Shown here: positions 27,861 to 41,828 of the stretch, one piece after another
How positions within the stretch are numbered: the stretch's first letter is position 1
Layout: each line of letters begins with the position of its first letter
NCBI GenBank assembly: GCA_951406725.2
Contig: OX597839.1
Location: 14,384,001-14,448,000 of the forward strand
DNA length: 64,000 bases
Origin: Octopus vulgaris
Lineage: Eukaryota
Direction: 5' to 3'
The notes under the pieces: model-generated
Seen by the model: the letters and a program-made list of their open reading frames with translations, nothing else
Told to the model about the DNA's origin: nothing
The model's database searches: none
Program-made: the position numbers and the translations under genes

Positions 27861-29834
27861 TTAATGAAGGTGGGTGGCTCAGTGGTTAGGCTATTCAGCT
27901 CATGACTGTAAGGTTGTGAGTTCTTTTCCTTGCAATACATTGTGTCCTTGAGCAAGACACTTTATTTCACATGACTCCACTTCACTCATCTGGCAAAAAT
28001 GAGTTGTATCTGTAATTCAAAGGGACCAGCCTCGACACATTCTGCGTCACACTGAATCTCCCTGTGAACTACCTTAAGGGTAATCATATCAGTGGAATAC
28101 TCAGCCACATGCACATTGATTTCGCAAGCAGTCCTTTCCCATTGATCAGATCAACTAGAACCCTCGTTGTAACAGACAGAATGTCAGGTAATATATTCTC
28201 CGTTCCCCGTTGTTGTTGTTGTTGTTGTTTCTTTCAGTGATTGCTCTTTGTGTTTCATTTTACTTTACTGTGTCTTACCTGTGCATCATGTGACATCTAC
28301 ATGTAACCTGAAGATGACCAAACATTTAACCAGAAAGACCCTTTGACAACAGCATTCAAACTACTCTCTTAAATTCAATGTTTCTTTGTTGACATTTTTT
28401 GAATTAATCATGCATCTTGAATATTCCAATGATGTGATTGTTTACTTTTAGGATGATGTAGAGTTGGTGTAAATGTTAAGGTCGGTGCTTGAACATAAAA
28501 CAGGTAAAATATCTGGGCTAGATATGGCTGGCTGAAGTGCTAAAAGGTTAAATGGTACAACCATTGAATGGCACAGATGTAGTATTGAACCTATAAAAAA
28601 TTTCTAAGCTTGATCACATGATCACCCTCTACCACACTTGGCAGATTAAATTCAGAAAACCTTGATTGTTTGAGATTGTCACAAGAGACATTCACTCATC
28701 TGTGATAACTTTAACTTATGGTGCCCAACATATTGTCACATGACCTTAAAGAACAGGTGTGGCTGGGAACTTACAAAAATTTCTAACCCTAATTATGTGA
28801 TCATCTTTGGTCAATCAAATCATATCCAAAATAGAAATTAATTTCAGCCATGTTCTCTCTATAAAATCTAAAGAATTTTTGAACCCCAGTTAGGAGCAAG
28901 ACAGTTGCAGCATAGCTCCATCTCCTGCTGTTGCAACTTTCGAAAATCAGAGAAATCTGTGAAATTGGTAAAGACTTTTAAAATTTTTTAATAAAAAAAT
29001 CTAAACAAATCCCAGTGATTTTTCAACTTCTTTTTTCTATATTTCTACCCGGGTGGAATAAAATAATTTGGTTTTATGTGTGTGTGTGTGTGTGTGTGTG
29101 TGTATACGTCTGTTTTTGTGCCTGTCCACTACCACTGCTTGACATCTGGTGTTGGTTTGTTTATGTCTGCGTAACTCCTCAATTCAGCAGAAATATGCCA
29201 ATAAAATAAGTGCCAGGCTTACAAAAAAAAAATAATAATAAATAAGTACTGAGATTGATTTATTCAACAAAGCCCTTTAAGGCACTGCCCCAGCATGGCC
29301 ACAGTCTAATGACTGAAACAAGTTCAAGTAAAAGAAATGATATAAAAAGTACAATAAAATAAAAAGTAAAGAAAACACAAGCAATAAAACAAATATTACT
29401 TTAAGATCTCCAGTAGTTTATATATATATATTTGTATATAGGCAAACAAATTAAATATAATAGCTGTTTACATGTATATATATATGTATATACATACACA
29501 TGCAAACAGAAAGAAAGCAAAGACTGAAGGTTTTCAGATAATGAATATTTAAATATAAATATATATTGAATAGATATTTAAATATTAATAGATCAAAACT
29601 ACACAACAAATATACATTTGATAAATCGACCTGCTGTCATGAGGGTAGAAAAAATTCTTATGCATCAGATCATTTGCTTCCATTATTGGTTGCATATTTG
29701 CACAAAGGGGCTGTGGTTCACTACAGCTGTTTCAGACATGTTTTTTTATTGATTAACAAATCAATTACATCATATAAAGAACTGTTTCTTCAGGTAAATT
29801 AAAAATTAAAAATACAAATATATATATATATATA

Positions 29835-30408
29835 TACAAAATAAGAAAATGGAGAAATATATCTTAATCAATAATCAACTACCAGATAATACCCAATCAC
29901 ATAATTTATTAAACCACTACATATGAACATTAAGGTCAAACATAATAATATAGAACAAAACAATGTACATCAATGAGTAATATGATACAATAAGTACAGT
30001 ATGTATAAGTGAATATAAATAAATACAAATATAAATATAAACTACATCTTACAGCTGTTTTGGCCATGCAGATATGGGTGTCTCATTATGCTCATATTAG
30101 CCATGTGAGATACGTTCTACATATTAACCTATCTCACATGGCTACTATGAGCATAATGAGACACCCATATCTGCATGGCCGAAACAGCTGTAAGATGTAG
30201 TTTATATTTATATTTGTATTTATTTATATTCACTTATACATACTGTACTTATTGTATCATATTACTCATTGATGTACATTGTTTTGTTCTATATTATTAT
30301 GTTTGACCTTAATGTTCATATGTAGTGGTTTAATAAATTATGTGATTGGGTATTATCTGGTAGTTGATTATTGATTAAGATGTATTTCTCCGTTTTCTTA
30401 TTTTGTAT
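29835..30408. repeat. Near-perfect ~280-bp-arm palindrome (Penelope-like fold-back)
   Basis: Centre at ~30121, with only a few mismatches between arms. Contains GAAA-CAGCTG-TA, a remnant of a hammerhead stem III. Confidence 0.85.
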
Positions 30409-31235
30409 TATTAATTTGTGGTAAAACATTTTACCTTTACCCATATAATACAGTAAATGAATTGATTGCATCGCAATTCTTAACATTTATGTATTAACTT
30501 TGTTGGGTGCTTTACTAGCAGTATATTGGATATATGTTATCCCATGGAGGGTTGCACTCACAACCCCTATCTCAATTTATATATATATATATAGAATGAA
30601 TTTAAAAGAATTGATCTTTTGTCTTTGCTTCTTCAGAAGATAATTTATCAGAATATGTTTATATGAGTTTGTATCGATTATATATGGAGTTCATATGAAT
30701 GTGTGCAAATTTTAAATGATGAAAATATTGTCAGTCTCCTCAGCTCCTTTTCTCCTTTCTTCATTTTATATGACAAATGTTTTGATGTATGTATAAAAGG
30801 TTTGTGTGTATATATATATGTATAGAGTCAAGTGAAATCATTGTTGTGGCTGATGCCAGTACTACATGACTGGCTCCCATGCCAGTGGCACATTCGAGCG
30901 TGGTTGATGCCAGTGTCACCTGACTGGTCCTATGCTGTTGGCACTTAAAAAGTACCATTTGAGCATGGCTGTTGCCAGTGCTGCCTGACTGGCTCCTATG
31001 CTAGTAGCACATAAAAAGCACCATTTGAACATGGTCAATCCCAGTGCCACCTAACTGGCCCCTATGCTGGTGGCATGTAAAAAGCAGCCACTACACTCTC
31101 GGAGTGGTTAGTGTTAGAAACTCTGCCAAATCAGATTGGAGCCTGGTGCAGCCTCCTGGCTTGCCAGTCCTCAACCAAACCGTTCAGCCCATGCCAGCAT
31201 GGAAGGCAGATGTTAAACAACGACGATGATGATGA

Positions 31236-31280
<45 letters not shown>

Positions 31281-31513
31281 TATATATATCACTATTTTCA
31301 CTTGATTTCATTGTTGTTGTTGCTATTGCTGCTCCTGCTGTTGTTGTTTACTCTGGGATCAATCCAGTTCAAGCATATCTAAGACCATTAGCATTCCGAC
31401 CATGACCATCCTTTTCTAAGAATATATCTCTGACTACATTTTGTAATGTGCTTTCACCTTATTTAAGATTGCAGAGGTATGACTTGAAGGAGATATAGCT
31501 GTTATTCATAGCA

Positions 31514-31556
<43 letters not shown>

Positions 31557-32100
31557 GCTCCAGAAAAAAGTGTTATTAAGGACAACTAGGATACTTAGGA
31601 GGGTTCTTGGCATCTAAGGCTACTTGTTAGGATCCTTTTGTTTTCTAACAGTCTAATCTGTTGAGTGTGTATGAAAATATTACTAATAATCCTTTCTACT
31701 GAAGGCACAAGGGCTTGAAATTTTGTGGGAGGAGACTAGTCGATTACATTGACCACTCTGAAAGGATGAAAGGCTAAGTTGACCTCAAAGGAACTTGAAC
31801 CCAGAATGTAGTGACAGGCAAAATACTACTCAGCATGCTAACAATTCTGCCAGCTCGCCACCTTAATAATAATAATAATAATACTTTATATTATAGACAC
31901 AAGGCCTGAAATTTTGGGGGCGTGGACCAGTCAATTACATTGACCCCAGTGTTCAACTGTTACTTAATTTATCGACCCCAAAAGGATGAAAGGTAAAGTC
32001 AACCTTGGCGGAATTTGAACTCAGAACATAGCGACAGGCAGAATGCCACTAAGCATTTCGTCCAGAGTGCTAATGATTCTGCCAGCTCACCGCCTTAATG

Positions 32101-32145
<45 letters not shown>

Positions 32146-32404
32146 TCAATAATAGTAATAGTAGTAATAATAATAATAACAATGCTTTCTACTATATTAA
32201 ATTTTGCACAAAATTTTTTGCAAAAGGATTGGTCAAATAAATCCTCCTCTACCCTCAGTGGTCAACTGGTACTTATTGATCCTGAAAGGATGAAAGGGAA
32301 AGCTGACCTTGTTAAAATTTGAACTCAAACTGTAAAGCTAGAATAAATGCTATTTAACAATTTTTGACATGCTAGCAATAATAATAATGATAATAATAGT
32401 AACA

Positions 32405-33500
32405 TGAAAGTAGCAAAAAGTCACATTCTATTGTCAAGGGAGCTTGCAAATTTGCAAGGGAACTTGGCATTAACCCTGAATTAGATGAAGAACCTGAAAC
32501 CCCTGCCATGGAAAAAGCAAAACAGATCAAACAGACTGCAAAAACAAATTGAGGTGTGGTGGAGCCAGAAGCCTCTGCATAGACAGTATATACTTTGAAG
32601 CCGAAATGCTGATGTAGATCAAACAACAACCCATCAGTGGCTGAGAAGTTCAGGACTGAAAACAGAGATTTGAAGGTTTCATGTTGGCGGCACAAGTTAA
32701 AAGCTTGCATACCATAAACTACAAGGCTAACGTTCTTCAAAATGGTTCTAATCCTAAGTGCAGATTCTGTGATACATTTGATGGAACAATAGACCATCTC
32801 ATCTTGGCATGGCTTGTGCTGACACCAAATGAATACAAAAATTGCCATGATAGTGTAGAACAGTATTTACATTGGAAAATATGTAAACACTACAAAATCA
32901 GCACTCCTGCTTATTGGTATGAATATAATCGTGGACCAGTTGTTGAAGGTAAAAATGTCACTATTCTTTGGGATTTTCCTTTCAACACCAACAAAATGAT
33001 CCAGGATAATTGACCAGACATAATCATTAAAGACAGAGAAGAAAATACTTGTAGACTAACAGATGTAGTGTTCCCACTGATAAAAATATATCTATAAAGG
33101 AATTTGACAAATTAAGTAAATATAAGGACCTGGAAATTGAAATACAAAAGATGTGGCATCTTAAAGCGAGAATTGTTCCTGTTATTGTGGGTACCCTAGG
33201 TATGATAAGAAAGGGATATCAGAAACATCTAGATATTATCCCAGGATAACCATGTCTCAGAGAAATCTAAAAGATTGTGCTGACAAGTACTGCCCACATC
33301 CTTAGAAAAACGCTATCAATTTAAATGTATGTGTTGTATTACATGAAGATATTTTGCTACTGCCCCTGCTATTTCCCCTCCACAAGCTTTCACCCATTCT
33401 GTAACGTCCTTTATTCTTCACTTGCCCTAGGACACTGGGTGTGTCTCGGTGAGTGATTGTAACAAACATGCAGATTAAAAGTAAATAATAATAATAATAA
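32405..33500 (+). mobile_element. 5'-truncated R4/Dong-like RLE retrotransposon inserted in (TAA)n
   Basis: CRFC..TIDHL zinc-knuckle remnant, HD...LHW, ILWDF, PDII...KLSKYKDL, VPVIVGTLG. Contains stops and frameshifts. TAA repeats on both sides. Confidence 0.8.
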
Positions 33501-33742
33501 TGATTTCATTTATTTGCCACAGTCCTTTTTACTATAGGCACAAAGCCTGAAATTTGAGGGGAGGAGGTTAGTCTATTACATTGACCCCAATGTTCAACTG
33601 GTATTTATTTTATCAACCCTGAAAGGATGAAAGGCACAGTTGACCTCAGCAGAATTTGAACTCAGAATATAAAGATGGATGAATCACCACTAAGTATTTT
33701 GCCCAGCATGTTAAGGATTCTGCCATCGTGCCACCTTCATGA

Positions 33743-33782
<40 letters not shown>

Positions 33783-34510
33783 TTACAAATTTTTGTCACA
33801 AGGGAAGATTGGGGGAGGTGGGGATGAGTTGATTACAATGACCCCAGTGTTCATCTGGTACTTCTTTTATTGACCCCGAAAGGATGAAAAGGCAAAGTCG
33901 ACCTCGGCAGAATTTGAACTCAGAATGTAAAAACAGATGAAATGATGCTAAGCATTTTGCCTGGCATGCTGATGCTTCAGCCAATTGTTTCTAATACAGG
34001 CATAAAACCAGGAATTTTGATAGCAGGTGTGAGAGAGAGTCAATTAAAATGGCTCTATTATTTTATTGATTCTTTATTTTATAGGTTCTGGAAAGGAAGA
34101 AAGGTACAGTTGACCATGACAGGATGTGACCTTTGAATGTAGAAAGCCAGATGACTCTGTTTTATCTTTATATTGTGAATGAATGTGATGACAAACTGAA
34201 CTCAACAAAACTCTTTGTCTTTCTTTCTTCCTTCTTTCAATCCATTCTTTGTCCATTCTTTTGTCAAGTCTTTGTTTCTTTCTTTAAAGTATGACAGGTT
34301 TATTTTATTTGATAATATTTGAATTTGTAATGAAGCTGACAATAGTTTAGTATTTTTCTTCTTCTTCATTGCCATCCTACAGGTTTTACTGTTAATCTTT
34401 CTGGTGTCAATTAAATAAATACCCTTAATATAAACCAATAAAATGTGGAAAACAACGTCTGTGAACTGATATTGAAATCATGGCTGGTAGGACTGACAAT
34501 GATTAAAGAG

Positions 34511-34782
34511 TTAACTGAAGTTTGTGAGTCGCTTCACTGAAAGTAATGATATGACAAATAGTGGTAAGCTCAATGTAATGCAATCTGATTTGCCAAATAT
34601 GCCATTGCACATGTCTTCATTACACAACGAAATGCACAGTATTGCTCCTAGAGAGGTAACATAAGAGCACACAGAAATGTTGTAATTCCCATCAACAGTT
34701 TCAAGTTTTTTGTATGGTGGATGTTCCATGGAGAATGAAAATGTCTTATCATTACAGTCCCTAATAATAGCTTGTACTTGCC
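34511..34782 (-). CDS. Ly6/uPAR gene 1, proximal terminal exon (3a): C-half of LU domain plus GPI signal
   Basis: Acceptor ttttctcttcag|GG, phase 1. Encodes GQVQAIIRDCNDKTFSFSMEHPPYKKLETVDGNYNISVCSYVTSLGAILCISLCNEDMCNGIFGKSDCITLSLPLFVISLLSVKRLTNFS*, with the CxxxxCN motif and a hydrophobic tail. AATAAA on the minus strand at 34299-34309. Confidence 0.88.
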
Positions 34783-35172
34783 CTGAAGAGAAAATAAACA
34801 ATTGTGAGAAGCAAGGAGAGAAAGGGAAACCTTAAGTTTTTACTGCAAAACCCAAAAGAAGGAAACATTCATGTAATGTCATTGCACATCTAAGTCATGG
34901 GAAATAAATCCTTTTATAACCCGATAGCATTCTTAGTATTCTATCAAATGTATTGTTTTTAATTAATCATGCATTATCTTATAGCTTTGAGATTTCAATG
35001 ATATAATTGTTAGATTGACACTGTAGGGTTGGTGTATGAGGCTGGATCTGGCTGGTTTGAACATAAGGACATTTGGGCTGGAGAAGACTAGTTTAAATAA
35101 TAAAGGACCACATGATTGCAAAGCAAACTTCTGAATCACTCAGCTATGATTGCATCCATTATAAGCACCCAG

Positions 35173-35210
<38 letters not shown>

Positions 35211-37731
35211 AGGTCCACTGATAAGGGTCAAGTCACATATCTATCACTTGCCAGTTTGACTGGTTAGTGGGCCCTCATTACTGTTTTTAATCTCTTAAAT
35301 TGGTGTTTTTAATGTCCAGTTAATTAATAAATTAAAAATTGTTTTGTAATTATTAAGTTATTATGTTAAATTTAAAAAGGTACAAGGAAATTATTTAGAC
35401 TTCACTCACTTATTTGTTGCTAATTTAGTTATGTAGAATGTATTTCTCATTTAATTAACCCTTCAGGATTTAAACGAGCCATATCAGGCCCAAATACTCT
35501 GTTTTATGTTCAAACCAGCCAAATCTAGCCTTTCACACCTACCCTACAATGTCCTAGAATTCTCAAAAAGGAAAAATAAAATTCCAAAATGCAAAAAAAA
35601 GACTAGGATTCTTCATGACTCAGTCGTCAGTTATTGAGCAAAGGTTAAATTTTATATTCACAACTTATTAAAAACATCCATTATGGAAAACAAGAATTCT
35701 GAGTAAAATTAAAACTGAGTTTTTGGAAGTGTACTTGTCAGGCAGCTGATAAAGTGAAGTTAGCAGTCTTTGTTTGTTTTTCAATGACTTATATGTGGCA
35801 ACCATATTGCAAATGTTTAAAACAGTTATTTACTTGAGTAATTTATTTATTCAAAAAACATTTTTCTTTTGCCATATTAAATTGATTCATAGAAAATGCA
35901 ATCTATTGGAAATCTAAAGCTTTCCATTTAATAATCAATATATTTTGCTGGCTAAGTTTACTTCTGTTAGGTTTTGTTGCTAAAACTTAAGGGTTACTGG
36001 ATGAGAAATTTCATTCAACATAAAATAAAAAATATCAACTCAAAATAAATAAAAATAACTAAAAATAAAAATAGATAAATTTGGTTAAAATTCATTAAAT
36101 TCGTTTTAAAAATTCAAATTTAACTTTCAGTAATTTTTATTGAAATTTCATTTAAATTTAAATTGTTATTGTTGTTATTGTGGTAGAATCATTGGACAAA
36201 ATTCCATATATTATTTAGTTACAATTCTTTACAATCTGAGCACAAACCTAGCTGAGGTCAAATTTGCCTTTCATAGACATGGGGTTGATAAACAAAAGTA
36301 CCAGTCAAATACTGGGGTCAATTTAAATGACTTAACACTCTCCTCTACCAAATTGCTTATCTGGTCTCTAAATTAGAATTTTTTGTCGTCGTCGTCGAGA
36401 GAGAGAGAGAGAGAGAGAGAGAGAGCAGTGCATGCCATCAAAGTGACACTTGGGTAAAATATATGAAGCCTAGTATACTCATCCTGACTACTCATCTGAT
36501 AAGGGTATGCCAAGCACATGCATCCCAACCATATGTGCGTGACATAGCGATCTCATATCAAAATAAACAGCGCATGACCTTGCAGGTGGGTCCCAGTTAG
36601 AATTTTCTTCGGGTCTAGTAGCCCATCCCACTCAAAAGATTCCTGAAGAAGGGTTGTTTAAGGATGATGAATGAAGCACCCATGTTTCCAAAGGTGAATT
36701 ATTCAAACCCCAAAGAATTCCTCTCAACACGTGGCCATGATGCTCCCCTACTACTTCTGCTCATGATCAGAGATGCACATATCGTCATCCACTAAGGGAC
36801 ATGGTCAACTGGTTAAGGTCAAACAACTAACAAGCAAATCTGTGGTATTGAGCAGAATATTTGCTGTAGCCCATCTTTTATACCAAGACAAAACAATGTA
36901 CATGATAACACTTCCAATCAGTTAAGATCAAAAGCCTTGAGAGCCGCTGACTGGTATTGCATTAGCAGTAACTTTCAGAAGTCCCTGGCCTCGCAGGGCT
37001 TCTGGGGAGCTTTTCCTGTTTGACATAAACTCTACAGGCACAAAATTGCCATCAGCCAAAAGTGCCTGAGATGCATGCAGGGTGACCAGGCCATCCTGCA
37101 TGCACTGGTCCTGTACCTGAGCATTGCTGACCTGTGGGTTTATGTCATATCACCTGCTATCATATATGGGACAGATCCTGTTATCAACTGAATCCATTGT
37201 AAAGATTTCAGTGTCACCTTCTTTTAACTGGGAGGGACAGGCAGTTTTTATATGTCTGGTAGCCATAGTGAAAGAGATTGTATGGTGGGTGAGATTGAAG
37301 TGGCTGAATACAAATACTTTTCTCTTTGGCCAATCCCTCATCAACTATAAGAGGAAAATAAGGTTGGAGAGGAAAGTTTTGCTTTCTAGCCATTTTGTTG
37401 AAAGATAGATGAGAGTGGTGAGCATGTTGCAAGTGAATGGGCCTACCCTGAGCATATACCTGTAAATTGGAGATAAAGAACTGAGAAAAGGCACCTGCCC
37501 CAGAAGCCAGGCAACCTGTGGTTTTATAAGGTTTTTCCATGAGTAGCCTTTGAATATCTGCTCCCTGTTGAGGATTACACATTGTTAAAATGATTTTTCT
37601 TTTTCTTTTGCATTAAACTGCTTTACATGTAAAACCCTCACAACAATACATATGCACACACATTCAAAGTTTTGTCCTATGTCGTCCATATGGTTTTTCC
37701 TGATGTAAACCCTTTGTGGTCAATAAATAAA

Positions 37732-37773
<42 letters not shown>

Positions 37774-38019
37774 TTATTATTATTTTTATTATTATCATTA
37801 TTATTATTTTTATTATCATTATAAAGGCAGCGAGCTGGCAGAATCATTAGCATGCTGGGTGAGACGTTTAGCGGTAATTCGTCTGCCGCTATTGCTGAGC
37901 TCAACTTTGCCTTTCATCCTTTCGGAGTCAATTAAATAAGTACCAGTTACACACTGGGTCAATGTAATTGACTAAATCCCTTCCCCCAAATTTGAGGCTT
38001 TGTGTTTCCATTAGAAAGA

Positions 38020-38058
<39 letters not shown>

Positions 38059-39261
38059 GTTTATTGTCTTTGCACAGCTTCTATCGCTGGAGATGTACTA
38101 TGGTACCAGCTGTTCACTACTAGTGAACTAAGGTTACACTCCTTATTTTTCGAGCACCAACTGGAGCATTTGAGCGGTTTCAAGCAGTGCTGTTTTCTGC
38201 AAGTGCTCCACCCTTATTGCAGCCCCTATTTGTTCCATATACTTCTCAAGATTTTTACTTACTGTTCCTAGAGCTCTGACAATTATTAGTACTATAACCA
38301 CATTTTTCATCGACCACAGCTGCTTAACCTCCCAAGCTATCCTGTTATATCTGTCGACTTTTCTTCCTTCCTTATCACATACCTTGTTGTCAGCTGGGTA
38401 TGCTATATCTATGATCCTGCATTGTTTGCTTTCTTTCTCAATTAACACTATGTCCAGCTTCCTATTCTAGAGAATAGGAAGCTGGACATAGTGTTAATTG
38501 AGAAAGAAAGCAAACAATGCAGGATCATAGATATAGCATACCCAGCTGACAACAAGGTATGTGATAAGGAAGGAAGAAAAGTCGACAGATATAACAGGAT
38601 AGCTTGGGAGGTTAAGCAGCTGTGGTCGATGAAAAATGTGGTTATAGTACTAATAATTGTCAGAGCTCTAGGAACAGTAAGTAAAAATCTTGAGAAGTAT
38701 ATGGAACAAATAGGGGCTGCAATAAGGGTGGAGCACTTGCAGAAAACAGCACTCATGGTCGCACTGAATCATAAAATACCATAGGATCTTTACATTATCA
38801 CTTCCGATGATGCCTTCAGGTTTATGTTTGTACCACTTTTTGCTCTGTCAAGTCTATACTTGTTGCAAAATGTCCAATGGACAATCCTTGCTATGATGTA
38901 ATGATGTCCCTTATATTCTTTCTGGGCTAGTGGCATACATTAACTGGTAATATGCCATATGGTTTCGCCATTTTGTCCACAAATTCTGCACTTATCACTT
39001 TCTGATGTGTTGTCTTTGTTCTTAGTGCTTGCTCTTGGGCAGTACAGATTAGAGCCTCCATTTCCGGTTTTAAATCACTTTTAGTCATTCATAGCCATCT
39101 TTTTCTCTGCCTATCTTATCTTCAACATCCCTATGAAATTGTCCATACATTCTTTTCTTTACCCACCTATTTTCAGTTTCATTCATTCTCAAGTGCTTGT
39201 ACAGTGCTTTATCTTTGCAATGTTCCATCCTACACAAGCCTGACCTTCTTATTTCCAATGC

Positions 39262-39262
<1 letters not shown>
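38020..39262 (-). mobile_element. R4/Dong-like RLE retrotransposon fragment carrying an internal inverted duplication
   Basis: The minus strand gives MYGQFHR...CRICGQNGETIWHI...ILWYFMIQCDHE, then DIVLIEKESKQCRIIDIAYP...KVDRY. 38471-38752 is an inverted copy of 38187-38468. (TAA)n flanks. Confidence 0.8.
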
Positions 39263-39356
<94 letters not shown>

Positions 39357-39721
39357 TCATTGGGCTTTCAAGGATTTCCTCGGATTTCAGGATTTTATGC
39401 TCCAAACACAGTGTTGAGTGATCTCTAGTCAATAACCAGGAACCTACCTCTTTAGCCCCAGGTCAGAACTGAGTGAGTGGGTTTAGATGTTTCAGGTGGA
39501 GCCATCTTTTTGTTTTTCTTTCAGGTATTTTGTACAGTGGGGCAATCCTTTGTTTCTTTATTCGAGATATATGATCTGATTTGAGGGAGATTTAGCTGCT
39601 GTTGTTAGCAGATCTAGTGACCACATAGAGGACTCTCTTACTGGCTCGTACATGCATACATTATTATAGTATCATTTGATGGAGATTTGGCTGCTATTTC
39701 TAGCAGTTCTTGCTATCATGT

Positions 39722-39968
39722 ACAGTAAACCCTTGTCTATCGCAGGTGTTACTTTCCAAAACCCCATGTGATAGGTGAAAATCCATGAAGTTGAAACAGT
39801 ACTGTATTTTTTATTATTATTTCCATTTTATAATTTGTATATGTTTATTTTATTATAAATGCTAAACAACGCCATGGAAGAATTGATGTAAGCTTAGATA
39901 GGTGCGATAGGTGAACCATGATAGGTGAACCGCGATAGGTGAACCATGATATGGCGAGGGATTACTGT
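39722..39968. mobile_element. MITE with CAGTAA.CCCT TIRs and TA target (pogo/Tigger-like); second copy at 61788-62012
   Basis: Ends tacagtaaaccct... and ...agggattactgta in both copies. Confidence 0.7.
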
Positions 39969-40211
39969 AAAAATCTTCTTCATTGTCTTAGTTATATGTA
40001 TATATCTTTTATCTTTTACTTATTTTCAGTCATTAGACTGCGGCCATGCTGGGGCACTGCTTTGAAGAACTTTTAGTTGAATGTATTAACCCCAGTACTT
40101 TTTAAGCCAGATACTTATTCTATCATTCCCTTTTGCTGAACTGCTAAGTTACAGGGCTAGAAACACACCAATATGGTGATGGGAAGACAACACACAGATA
40201 AATATATATAT

Positions 40212-41127
40212 GTGATCATCCCATAAGTAATGCAGTTTTTCAATTGCAGGAACTAAAAGTCAGAGGAGATGGGATAAATTACTTGCATCCACTTACTAAA
40301 AACCAGGTAGTAATTTTACCTTGTCTTTATTCTTAGTGCAAGTTTTGAAGAGTACAGTTTGATTTTAACGGTTATTTTTCCAAAAATATAATGGAAGTGA
40401 CAAAGGAACATATTCAGCATATTTTGCTTTATGAGTTCAATAAAGGTAACAATGCAACAGAAAGTGTGAGGAATATTAATGCAGTCTATGAGGATTGAAC
40501 AATAATAGTAAGCCAGTGTCAAAGGTGGTTCCAGAAATTTTGAGTTGGAAACTACAACCTAGAAGATGAGCCTTGTTCTGGAAGATCTGTAGAGCTTGAC
40601 AGGGATATCCTGCAAATCCTGGTGGAACAAAATTCTATCATAACTCTTGAGAAACTAGCAGAGAAGTTTTGATTTGGTCATTCAATCACTCATTGACACT
40701 TGTGTGCCATCATAAAAGTCAGCATTTTGGGTCATTGGGTTCCTCCCATACTTTCCGTGTCTAATGCTTGGCTACATACAGTGAGGATGACATTCCAAAG
40801 GCCGGAGCAGTTTGAATGGGAAACAGTGCCTCACCCACCATATTTGCTGGACATTACCCCATCTGATTATCATTTATTCCACAATCTTCAAAATCATTTG
40901 GATGGAAAAAATATGAATTCGGCAGACAAGGTCAGAACAGTACTGGAGGAGTATTTTTTGTCATGGACAAGTGAACTTTGGAAGAGGGGCCTTGCAAGTC
41001 TACCAAATAGATGGGAGAACATTGTAGAAAATGAGGAGAGTATATTTTAGATTAAGAAAGAACTTTATTTTAATTTTGGAAAATAAGAGGTATTACAGAA
41101 TTGTATTATTTATGGAATGACCTGATA
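40212..41127 (+). mobile_element. Internally deleted, degenerate mariner element
   Basis: MEVTKEHIQHILLYEFNKGNNATESVRNIN at 40390; PHPPYLLDITPSDYHLF (YSPDLAPSD motif); decayed TIRs. Confidence 0.85.
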
Positions 41128-41137
41128 CATACATACA

Positions 41138-41828
41138 TTATTATTTTTTTTATTATGGCTCGTTATTGAGTATGGCCATTGCACGAAGCTTAACTGTTAC
41201 TGGTGCTGTGATCGAATGTAACTTTTTAGCCCAGCTAAAGATCTACAATGTCTTGTACAAAATTGGCAGCTAAAAACTTTACCGGTAATAGCCGGCTGTA
41301 GCTGTAACTGGGCTTCATGTACCTTTGCATGTCGTTTAAGTCCTCCTGCTGAATTACACTCTCTTCCACATGCCCAACAGATATGATTAGTATGGTGTGT
41401 TACACCACCACCAGTGGCTAGGTTGTCACTCATCTGTCTCGTTTTATGACTACGAAGATGACTCTTGAGTGGTCATCTGGTCAGAATGAAGGATTCAAGG
41501 ATGCCAAAACTACTCTTTTATGGAGAGTTAGCTAAAGGAGAATGACCTCCACATAAAACAAAAAAGAGGTATAAGGACTTGCTGAAGGCTTCCTTAAGAG
41601 ATGCTTGCATCTCTCCTGACACATGGGAAGGCATAGCTATTGATCGTAGCAGGTGGAGAAGGATTGTGCATGAGGGGACAGCCACTTTTGAGAAATCTCG
41701 AGTTGCACATGAGAAAGTAAGGAGGGATGTCAGGAAGGGCATCGCTGTTACACTTCCAGAAGGGAAGGGTCTTCCTTTGATGCTGACATGCAATGTCTGT
41801 GCAAGACCCTGCCTCAGTAAAGCTGGAC
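41138..41828. mobile_element. RTE LINE 3' fragment with C2H2 fingers and a 5' inversion
   Basis: The plus piece 41471-41828 (GHLVRMKDSRMPK...CNVCARPCLSKAG) is continued by the minus piece 41470->41138 (LKSHLRSHK...CWACGRECNSAGGLKRHAKVH...(TAA)n). Confidence 0.8.

Noticed and set aside
28279-28307. 29-nt micro-exon-like segment (ttcag|...CAG|GTAAGA, minus strand)
   Set aside because: Splice-like signals only. It is frame-shifting and has no independent support. It could be a UTR exon but this cannot be supported from sequence.
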